Shown here: positions 1-8,380 of the stretch, piece after piece | Numbering within the stretch: the first letter of the stretch is position 1 | How the letters are laid out: every line of letters begins with the position of its first letter | Assembly (NCBI GenBank): GCA_937903035.1 | Contig: CALCZP010000004.1 | Coordinates: 181,506 to 245,505, forward strand | Reading direction: 5' to 3' | Source of the DNA: an uncultured bacterium | Lineage (GTDB): Bacteria > Patescibacteriota > Minisyncoccia > Phycocordibacterales > UBA9973 | Length of the DNA stretch: 64,000 nt | Position numbers and translations under genes: made by a program | Notes under the pieces: generated by a model | Seen by the model: only the letters and a program-made list of their open reading frames with translations | Database searches by the model: none | What the model was told of the DNA's origin: nothing

Positions 1-745
<745 letters not shown>

Positions 746-1022
746 ATTAGGAAATCTAGAAATCATTTCCATTCTGATCGCATCACCGCTGACGCAATTC
801 AGAATACTCTGTCTCTCCCTACCTGCAGCATCTACTTGCATCCACATGCAAGAGATTTGTCTTTACTCAAGACTGCTACGAGAGGACAGGATTTACTATT
901 ATCAAACAACGCTCATCTATGATGTTCTGAACAAAAAACCGCCTTGCGGCGGGCTCCAAAGCTTAGGGCTTTAGGCCGCCGGGTTTGGGGTGTTTTTGTT
1001 GATACTTATCATAGGCTCGAGG

Positions 1023-1051
1023 ATTATATACGACGACCTTTTCAAAGTCAA
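1023..1051 (-). promoter_or_regulatory. sigma70 promoter for the 23S rRNA gene
   Basis: Minus strand TTGACT-N17-TATAAT, about 270 nt upstream of the 23S 5' end and just downstream of a terminator. Confidence 0.85.
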
Positions 1052-1090
1052 CTACGATTCGTATACCCTTTTACAAGCAATACCAAATAG

Positions 1091-1120
1091 CAAAATACCC
1101 CTTCGAAAAGGGGTATTTTG
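1091..1120. terminator. intrinsic terminator after 1144..1839
   Basis: Perfect 13-bp hairpin CAAAATACCCCTT-CGAA-AAGGGGTATTTTG. Confidence 0.8.
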
Positions 1121-1143
1121 TATCTATATCTATAGAGACAATC

Positions 1144-1839
1144 TTATTGATTGTGATGCTTGCTTGAGAGATCGTCTGAGAGACGGTTGATCCAACGAGC
1201 TGCAGCATCCTTGCCGCCAAGACCAAATGCCAGTCCGAAAGCGATAGCCATCATGACCACAAGTCCGGTAAAGATGATCTGCCCGAAGTATCCAAAGATA
1301 CCGAGTTTATCAAGTGCAGTCACGATAGTGAGGATCCAGATTGCGTAGTACGCAATTGAACCAAGCATGCGTGCTGAACGAACATTTGCAACAGCTGCTG
1401 AACCAGATACGAGCTTGCGAACAAAGTCAGCAAGGATTGTACCAGCAACCAAGATGAGTGCTGCGATAATCACCTGTGGGATGTATGCGAGTACTTGCTG
1501 GAGGAACATAGTCACTGCATCAAGATTTAGGATGTTGAGTGATGCAACAAGAAATACGATAACGATGAACCATTTCACGAGCTCCCCAAAGAACTTACCA
1601 ATGTGCAAGTGAATATTTGCACGAGCAAGTGCTTCCTCAGCACCAGCGTTCTTGAAGAGACGATCAAGCTTGAGTGCGTCAATAGCCATCATCACGAGCT
1701 TACCGATGGTAGTTGCAACGATCCAACCGATAATAAAGACAACGACAGCGAGTACGATCTTTGGGAACGTCTCAATGAATCCGTACCAAAGTCCTTGGAG
1801 TGAGAGCAGGAAGACCTGGCTCCATGATTGAATAAGCAT
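1144..1839 (-). CDS. multi-TM protein, MscS-like N-terminal TM-helix repeat family (CmpX-like)
   Basis: Two repeats of P(K/Q)(I/V)xxAxxIxxxGxIxA helices and a C-terminal AIAFGLAFGLGGKD motif. Start taken at ATG 1839 (MLIQSW). Confidence 0.7.
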   Translation of the reverse strand: MLIQSWSQVFLLSLQGLWYGFIETFPKIVLAVVVFIIGWIVATTIGKLVMMAIDALKLDRLFKNAGAEEALARANIHLHIGKFFGELVKWFIVIVFLVASLNILNLDAVTMFLQQVLAYIPQVIIAALILVAGTILADFVRKLVSGSAAVANVRSARMLGSIAYYAIWILTIVTALDKLGIFGYFGQIIFTGLVVMMAIAFGLAFGLGGKDAAARWINRLSDDLSSKHHNQ

Positions 1840-1938
1840 AACGTAAAGCGCACATGCGCGGGTATCAAAATTGCTACTAAATATCGTACGGTACATGCTC
1901 GAGAGCATGATGTACTCCTCTAGTATACTCCTTTTGAA

Positions 1939-2568
1939 CTAGTTGGGTAAGACAAAGGTGGAAAACTCCTTGCCAGCGAGCAAGCGCTCATGGGGATACT
2001 CAAAGAAGTCGCGAAGGAGTTTGTCATACATTGAAACACGATACTTGAAGTCTGCAGTTTCAAACACTGCATACGCAAGCTCGTGGCCTAGCTCACTTTC
2101 AAGAACCTGGATTGTTTTACTGATATAACTTTTTTTGAGGTTGTCCCCCACAATCAATACATCGAGACGACTCTCACTATTTTGAATAAAGATACCTGAG
2201 ATAACGAGAAGCTGAATCCGACCTGCTGGCTTGAAACGCTTTGCAAGGTCAGCATGTTTGAAAAATTGTCCTTCAACCAACAGCAAGCGGAGTTCATTTA
2301 TGTAAGGAAATTCTGGATCAAGACAAAAGCCTTGAATACGCTTTTTGCGAAGCACGCCACGACCATCAACATCTTCACGGATATAGGATTTCTTGCGAAG
2401 GAGTGACATTGCTGCAAGCTCTCGAATAGTGCGACGCGCAATAGCAGCCTGCACTCGTGAGCGCTCAGAAACGTCGATTGCATCAAACGCCTGATCAGGG
2501 TTGAGGAGAAAGAGTCGCATGATTTTAACACGCGGCACTCCCCCGAGAAGTTTTCCGAGGATTTCCAT
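1939..2568 (-). CDS. wHTH plus degenerate minimal nucleotidyltransferase-like protein
   Basis: N-terminal LLGGVPRVKIMRLFLLNP HTH-like region and C-terminal SRLDVLIVGD...LESELGHELAY NTase-like region. Confidence 0.6.
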   Translation of the reverse strand: MEILGKLLGGVPRVKIMRLFLLNPDQAFDAIDVSERSRVQAAIARRTIRELAAMSLLRKKSYIREDVDGRGVLRKKRIQGFCLDPEFPYINELRLLLVEGQFFKHADLAKRFKPAGRIQLLVISGIFIQNSESRLDVLIVGDNLKKSYISKTIQVLESELGHELAYAVFETADFKYRVSMYDKLLRDFFEYPHERLLAGKEFSTFVLPN

Positions 2569-2627
2569 AGATTCGTTCCACTTAGAACAGCTCTAGTATA
2601 TAGCCCAACAGACCTTGTATACAAACA

Positions 2628-2664
2628 AAAACCGTGTTCCTTTTACATAAAAAAGAAACACGGT
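2628..2664 (-). terminator. intrinsic terminator after 2688..3233
   Basis: ACCGTGTT...AACACGGT stem followed by a T-tract on the minus strand. Confidence 0.65.
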
Positions 2665-2687
2665 CGGGGGTTATGCGCTGTATATAC

Positions 2688-3233
2688 TTAGATATACATA
2701 CACACATTAAATTGTTGATCTGTGGGATTTGGTACATTAACCCATTCATTATTGAGGAACTCGTAGAGAAAAGATTTTTCACCACCAAGGTACGAACTTC
2801 GTATCTTGATGCCAATATACTTTTTGTTCTTACTGCCCGCAATAAAAGTAATTTTACCGTCTCCTGGCGAATCATAAGGTGCAATAAAATAAATTGATTC
2901 TACCCACCATGAAAGATTTGATGCTTTGGTATATACCACTACACCATTAACCCTAATATCCCAAGGAGCACCTGCTCTAAGGTTTGCACGATTGTGCATA
3001 ACAGCAATCCATTCTTGTTTTGCCTGAACAATACTATCACCCTCGTTAAATTGTTCTATAAACATCTTTCGAGAGCCCGTATACGGAAACGTTTTTGTTC
3101 CAGAACTTGCGGTGATAATAATATTGCCGTTTTTTGCAATTTGCTGTGCATACTGCACCCCAACAAATTGCTGCTTTTTCATTGCACTACAACTGCAGAG
3201 CAATGAAATAAATGCGATAACAGATTTTTTCAT
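2688..3233 (-). CDS. hypothetical AT-rich protein, probable lipoprotein
   Basis: ATG 3233 gives MKKSVIAFISLLCSC, a lipobox-like signal. It has its own TTGACA-N16-TATAAT promoter at 3253-3280. Confidence 0.6.
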   Translation of the reverse strand: MKKSVIAFISLLCSCSAMKKQQFVGVQYAQQIAKNGNIIITASSGTKTFPYTGSRKMFIEQFNEGDSIVQAKQEWIAVMHNRANLRAGAPWDIRVNGVVVYTKASNLSWWVESIYFIAPYDSPGDGKITFIAGSKNKKYIGIKIRSSYLGGEKSFLYEFLNNEWVNVPNPTDQQFNVCMYI

Positions 3234-3305
3234 TGTACGTAATTTTTTACGTATTATATATAATAATAATATTTTGTCAATATACTTATTCCCTATCCTC
3301 AACAT

Positions 3306-3338
3306 AACAAAACCACCCCATTGCGGGGTGGTTTTGTT
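3306..3338. terminator. terminator of rplJ-rplL
   Basis: AACAAAACCACCCC-ATTGC-GGGGTGGTTTTGTT hairpin. Confidence 0.85.
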
Positions 3339-3354
3339 TCGAAATGAATCGGTA

Positions 3355-3723
3355 TTACTTAAGTTCTACCTTTCCACCTGCTTCCTCAATAGCTTTCTTG
3401 AGGGCGTCAGCTTCGTCTTTCTTTGCACCGTCCTTTACGGTTGCAGGAGCGCCGTCCACGAGGTCCTTAGCTTCCTTGAGTCCAAGACCCAAAGCTTCTT
3501 TGATAACCTTCATAACTGCGATCTTCTGTTCACCAGCCTGTGCAAGCACCACGGTGAACGTGTCTTTTTCTTCAGCTGCACCCGCTGCTGCGCCAGCTGC
3601 TGGAGCTGCTGCGACTGCTGCTGCAGATACACCGAATTTCTCTTCGATCGCCTTTACGAGATCGTTGAGTTCGATCACTGATGCTCCTTCGAGCTCGGTG
3701 AGGAATGAATCAAATTTTGCCAT
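3355..3723 (-). CDS. rplL: 50S ribosomal protein bL12 (L7/L12)
   Basis: [19 protein letters not shown]...[14 protein letters not shown]...GGKVELK. Confidence 0.98.
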   Translation of the reverse strand: MAKFDSFLTELEGASVIELNDLVKAIEEKFGVSAAAVAAAPAAGAAAGAAEEKDTFTVVLAQAGEQKIAVMKVIKEALGLGLKEAKDLVDGAPATVKDGAKKDEADALKKAIEEAGGKVELK

Positions 3724-3756
3724 AATAATTGTAACTATAAACGTACCTAATAAGTG

Positions 3757-4245
3757 CTAGCCCTGTTTCTTTGCAACTTCGTTGACTGCAATAGCCAAGC
3801 GCTGCATCGGACTCTTGAGGAGGAATGCAATCTGTGAGAGCAATACTTCCCTTGAAGGGATAGTTGCAATCGAGAGCATACTTTCCTTGTCTTTGTATTC
3901 TCCTTCGAATACGCCACCAACGATAGACACAATGTTCTTGTTCGCTTTTTGGAAGTCGTAGACCTCACGAGCAGGAGCAAGTGCATCTGTTGAATATGCG
4001 ATACCGATTTCACCTTCGAGCTCAGGGAGCGTACCGTTATAGCCTTTGTCGGCGAGTACGCGCTTGAGCAAGGTCTTCTTGCCGACTTTGTAGCCGACAC
4101 CACTCGCGCGAAGCTTGCGGCGGAGCTCATTCGCTGATTTAACGGTGAGCTTGTCGAACTGGACAAATACGACTGACGTCGCATCGGCGAGAATATCGGT
4201 GAAAGAAGAAACAATAGACTGCTTTTTCTCTTTTGATATTGCCAT
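3757..4245 (-). CDS. rplJ: 50S ribosomal protein uL10
   Basis: MAISKEKK...LTVKSANELRRKLR...KVGKKTLLKR...IATIPSREVLLSQ. The true start is ATG 4245; the ORF-track extension is the leader RNA. Confidence 0.96.
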   Translation of the reverse strand: MAISKEKKQSIVSSFTDILADATSVVFVQFDKLTVKSANELRRKLRASGVGYKVGKKTLLKRVLADKGYNGTLPELEGEIGIAYSTDALAPAREVYDFQKANKNIVSIVGGVFEGEYKDKESMLSIATIPSREVLLSQIAFLLKSPMQRLAIAVNEVAKKQG

Positions 4246-4279
4246 AATAATTTTGATTGAACTGTGTAGAACGTAAACG

Positions 4280-4335
4280 ATAGATTTCGACCTCGGCAGG
4301 AAATTGAGGCTTGCGCCACCTGCTGTCTGTGATCT
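4280..4335 (-). promoter_or_regulatory. L10 leader (autogenous control RNA)
   Basis: Minus strand AGACAGCAGGT-GGCGCAAGCC-TCAATTTCCTGCCGAGGTC fits the AGAC-GYAGG...CCURCCGAGGU L10-leader pattern directly upstream of rplJ. Confidence 0.8.
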
Positions 4336-4356
4336 ACACGCAAACACTATACCAAA

Positions 4357-4387
4357 TGAAAAACGCCTGTCAACCAGGCGTTTTTCA
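4357..4387. terminator. terminator after 4408..4908, overlapping the -35 of the rplJ promoter
   Basis: TGAAAAACGCCTG-TCAAC-CAGGCGTTTTTCA. On the minus strand TTGACA lies across the loop and TGGTATAGT at 4346-4354. Confidence 0.75.
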
Positions 4388-4407
4388 ACAACTATTTTAG
4401 GATTTAG

Positions 4408-4908
4408 TTAGATTGCCTTGATTTCAGTAACTTTTCTTGCACCACAATACAATTCATAATTACCAACTGTTTTTACTGAAGCAGTGAAGTATCGAAGTGG
4501 ACGAAGCGTAACTTCTCGCCCATTAAAAGTAATTGTCATTGATGTATCACTGACATTCGTAAAGAGAATACGTGCGCCATGAGCAACTTCGAGTGTTTTT
4601 GGTGTGGGATCACAATTTTTATCAAATGCAATTGATCTTCCTTTATAGTCAATAATAGCCTGCTGATATCCGGGTGTTGCGGCAGAAGGAGCTTGAGGTT
4701 TTACATCTTTCGGACAAGGCTTACCAGTATTGATATCAAATAGATCCCCTGTCTTGCATGACTCAAGTACGACATCAGTAGCAGGTGCCGAAGCTCGATA
4801 CTTGCGCATGTATGATGTGCCGAGTGCAAGTGCTGCAACAATCACGATTGCGATTCCTAATATCCAGAAATTCTTGTACTTTTCGAAATTGTTCTTCAAT
4901 GTATCCAT
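4408..4908 (-). CDS. membrane-anchored hypothetical protein with a Cx13C motif and a cupredoxin-like C-terminus
   Basis: N-terminal TM helix, CKTGDLFDINTGKPC, then P..LEV..G..I.FTN...GNYELYC resembling a cupredoxin fold without His ligands. Confidence 0.6.
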   Translation of the reverse strand: MDTLKNNFEKYKNFWILGIAIVIVAALALGTSYMRKYRASAPATDVVLESCKTGDLFDINTGKPCPKDVKPQAPSAATPGYQQAIIDYKGRSIAFDKNCDPTPKTLEVAHGARILFTNVSDTSMTITFNGREVTLRPLRYFTASVKTVGNYELYCGARKVTEIKAI

Positions 4909-5002
4909 AGTTTACTCATTACTCTAGCAATAGCTGTATCGTAGCCCTTTTGAGACATTTCGCAAACATGGACAAATATGAAATATGTCATATAGTTTAA
5001 CC

Positions 5003-6283
5003 ATGTTTCGCACGCGCCAACTCATTCTCCTACTCGGCGACACCTTTGCATTTGTTAGTGCATTTCTCATCATGGCACTTGTTCGCTTTGACGAAGGACT
5101 CCTTACTGAAAATGCACATCTCCAAGCAAAACTCTTTGCAACAGTTTTTGTAGTATGGCTGGTTGTCTTTTTTGTTTTTGATCTCTACACCTACACCCGT
5201 ATCAATCCTACCCCTCGCACCATCGGTCTTATCATTGGTGCCATGATTACTAATATTAGTCTTTCAGTACTGATATTCTATCTATTCCCAACCCAAGGCA
5301 TCACCCCAAAGACTAACCTTGCTATCGTTGCAGTTATTTCCCTCACACTTGTTGTTGTATGGCGTCGAAGCTTCTACCAGCTATTTTCCCAAACATTTAC
5401 TCGACGTATTGGTATCATTGGCGCAAGCGAAAGTGCCCATTCACTCAAAGACCTTATTTCAGACCATCCTCATATCGGCACTATCAGCTTTCACAGTCAG
5501 GAACTTGGTGAACATCAAGGCGCAGATCTCATCATTGCCGAGAACATGTCAGCAGATACCTTTCTTGCGCTTTCACGATCACTTGGTACCGAGCGTATGT
5601 CAGTCATCCAGGCCTACCAGACACTCTTTGGCAAAGTCCCCCTATCACTCATGACCGATGAGCATGCACTATCTATCATTACCAAAGAGCGCTCAGGACT
5701 TTTTATATTCACCCGTATCGTTGAAATACTTGTAGGATTACTTGTACTTATTATCACCTCTCCAGTTCTTCTTATTGCAATTATTGCAAGATTTATTGAA
5801 GATGGACGACCTATCTTTATTAGACAGACACGCGTTGGAAAAGATGGCAACATATTTAAACTCTACAAACTTCGCAGTATGAAAGCTCTCAATACTGATG
5901 GCTCAGCAGAAATTGGTGGTGTGCAATGGGCAGAAAAAAATGATCCTCGTATTACCCCACTCGGCCGTATCCTTCGCAAAACGCATATCGATGAAATCCC
6001 ACAGATGTACAACATCATCCGTGGCGACCTCGCACTCATCGGACCACGCCCTGAGCGTCCAGAAATCGTTGCAGATCTTGAGTCACAGATTCCCTACTAC
6101 TATTTGCGTCATACCGTCCGTCCTGGATTTACCGGCTGGGCACAAATCAAGTTTCGTTATGCGCGTACCGTACTCGACTCACAAGAGAAATTTGAATACG
6201 ACCTGTACTATCTGATGAACAGACACCCAGTCCTTGATGTTGGCATTTTCATCAAGACGATTCAGATTATTTTCACCCATTAA
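5003..6283 (+). CDS. polyprenyl-phosphate priming sugar transferase (WcaJ/WbaP/WsaP family)
   Basis: Four N-terminal TMs, then FKLYKLRSM, DPRITPLGRILRKTHIDEIPQ, GPRPE, RPGFTGWAQ (Bac_transf motifs). Confidence 0.93.
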   Translation: MFRTRQLILLLGDTFAFVSAFLIMALVRFDEGLLTENAHLQAKLFATVFVVWLVVFFVFDLYTYTRINPTPRTIGLIIGAMITNISLSVLIFYLFPTQGITPKTNLAIVAVISLTLVVVWRRSFYQLFSQTFTRRIGIIGASESAHSLKDLISDHPHIGTISFHSQELGEHQGADLIIAENMSADTFLALSRSLGTERMSVIQAYQTLFGKVPLSLMTDEHALSIITKERSGLFIFTRIVEILVGLLVLIITSPVLLIAIIARFIEDGRPIFIRQTRVGKDGNIFKLYKLRSMKALNTDGSAEIGGVQWAEKNDPRITPLGRILRKTHIDEIPQMYNIIRGDLALIGPRPERPEIVADLESQIPYYYLRHTVRPGFTGWAQIKFRYARTVLDSQEKFEYDLYYLMNRHPVLDVGIFIKTIQIIFTH

Positions 6284-6321
6284 ACCCTCGTAAAAATCGT
6301 ATAAAATGCTATTGTAGGAAG

Positions 6322-7146
6322 GTGAAAACACACAGTGTCACTATCCGACCAAAGAAGCTGTTTAGCTTTTCAGATCTCCAAGAAATTTGGGAATATCGAG
6401 AGCTTCTCTATTTCTTTGCATGGCGTGATATCAAGGTCAGATATAAACAAACGGCGATCGGCATCCTGTGGGCTGTCTTTCAACCCTTTGTCACTATGGT
6501 AGTGTTCAGTCTCTTTTTCGGATCACTCCTTCAAGTATCTTCTGATGGCGTTCCCTATCCAATCTTTGTCTATACCGGACTCCTCTTTTGGCAATTCTTT
6601 TCTACTGCACTTTCTGATACGAGTACTGTACTCATCACCAATCAACAAATCATTACCAAGGTATATTTCCCTCGACTTCTCCTTCCTCTTTCTTCAGTAC
6701 TCACAAAAGTGATTGACTTTGGGATTGCCGCAATCATCCTGGTTGGTATGATGCTCTATTATGGATTTACACCTCACCTTATATCACTTGTAGTACTTCC
6801 ACTCCTTTTGGTCATTACTTTTATGGCATCGAGTGGTCTCGGACTTATCCTTGCCGCAATCAATGTAAAGTACCGGGATGTTCGCTATGCATTGCCCTTT
6901 TTTATTCAAATACTGTTGTTTGTAACACCGGTGATATATCCGGCAAGTATTGCCGGCAAGTATTCATGGCTCCTTGCACTTAATCCAATGATGGGGGTTA
7001 TTCAGAGTGCTCGCGCATCGGTACTAGGTACAACCACCCTCAACTGGACACTTATTGGCATATCACTTGTTGCAACTTTTATCCTGCTCTTGCTAGGTAT
7101 CTACATTTTTAAAAAAACCGAGCGATATTTCGCGGATATTATGTAA
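6322..7146 (+). CDS. wzm: polysaccharide ABC-2 exporter permease (Wzm)
   Basis: RDIKVRYKQT.IG.LW...QP, KVYFPR, LNPM motifs; six TMs. Confidence 0.92.
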   Translation: MKTHSVTIRPKKLFSFSDLQEIWEYRELLYFFAWRDIKVRYKQTAIGILWAVFQPFVTMVVFSLFFGSLLQVSSDGVPYPIFVYTGLLFWQFFSTALSDTSTVLITNQQIITKVYFPRLLLPLSSVLTKVIDFGIAAIILVGMMLYYGFTPHLISLVVLPLLLVITFMASSGLGLILAAINVKYRDVRYALPFFIQILLFVTPVIYPASIAGKYSWLLALNPMMGVIQSARASVLGTTTLNWTLIGISLVATFILLLLGIYIFKKTERYFADIM

Positions 7147-7150
7147 TCTT

Positions 7151-8380
7151 ATGACACCTATCATTACTGCAAGCGGCATTGGCAAGAAATATACCTTGAA
7201 TAAGAACCAAGGAAGCTATGTTGCACTTCGTGACGTACTCACCTCTTTTGGAACAAGAGCGGCAGACATATTTCGCCGCACGAAAAAAAGTTCAACCAAA
7301 GAAATCTTTTGGGCGCTCCAAGATGTCGGATTTACTATAAACAAAGGCGAAGTGGTTGGCATCATCGGACGAAACGGTGCAGGCAAGTCAACACTTCTCA
7401 AAATACTTTCACAGATCACCCCACCAACAACCGGCGAGATTATGATTCGTGGACGAGTTGGGAGCCTTCTTGAAGTAGGTACCGGCTTCCATCCTGAACT
7501 CAGCGGACGTGAAAATATTTATCTCAATGGTGCAATCCTCGGTATGAGCCGCAAAGAGATCACTACAAAATTCAATGATATCGTCCAATTCGCAGACGTT
7601 GAAAAATTCCTTGATACACCAGTCAAATACTATTCAAGCGGCATGTACGTCAGACTTGCATTCTCAGTCGCCGCACACATGGAGCCTGATATTCTCATTA
7701 TTGATGAAGTCCTTGCGGTTGGTGATGCTGAATTCCAAAAGAAATGTATTGGTAAAATGGATGAGATTGCAAGAAAGGATGGTCGGACCGTTCTCTTTGT
7801 CAGCCACAATATGGCAGCAATCCAACAACTCTGCAAAAGCGCAATACTCCTAGAACAAGGACAGGTAAAAATGCAGGGACCTGTCAAAGAAGTCATTGAC
7901 GCATATATCGGCCTTGCGGAAAGTAGTGCCTATACAGACATATTATTTGAGCCTGATGCATCAAAAAAAATGGAGATTACCGCAATGAAAGTATCCAAAG
8001 ATGCTAATGAAGCGAGTATTGGCGTGATGAAAGATTTCATTATTGATATCGATATGACCCTTCGAGAAAAAGTAGAGGGTGCATTCATCAGTATTATTTT
8101 CTTTGACCAAGATGGGAGACGATGCGCTGACTTTATGGAAATAGATACTGACGAAAACGCTACCAAAGAACGCCTCGCCGGTGACTATACACTCTCAGTC
8201 ACCATTCCTGGCATTTTCAATGCAGGACTCTATACCGTCATGGTAGTGATCGAAAAAGGACAAGAAACACTCGACAAAAAAGATGGTCTCGTTATTCGTA
8301 TCACCGATACAACAGCGCATCCATACCCTATCCAAGGTAGAGCCCCTTTAATGCCACATGCGACGTGGAACTACCAATGA
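7151..8380 (+). CDS. wzt: polysaccharide ABC exporter ATPase with C-terminal Wzt_C-like domain
   Basis: GRNGAGKST, YSSGMYVRLAFS, IIDEVLAVGD, plus about 150 aa beta-rich C-terminal extension. Confidence 0.93.
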   Translation: MTPIITASGIGKKYTLNKNQGSYVALRDVLTSFGTRAADIFRRTKKSSTKEIFWALQDVGFTINKGEVVGIIGRNGAGKSTLLKILSQITPPTTGEIMIRGRVGSLLEVGTGFHPELSGRENIYLNGAILGMSRKEITTKFNDIVQFADVEKFLDTPVKYYSSGMYVRLAFSVAAHMEPDILIIDEVLAVGDAEFQKKCIGKMDEIARKDGRTVLFVSHNMAAIQQLCKSAILLEQGQVKMQGPVKEVIDAYIGLAESSAYTDILFEPDASKKMEITAMKVSKDANEASIGVMKDFIIDIDMTLREKVEGAFISIIFFDQDGRRCADFMEIDTDENATKERLAGDYTLSVTIPGIFNAGLYTVMVVIEKGQETLDKKDGLVIRITDTTAHPYPIQGRAPLMPHATWNYQ

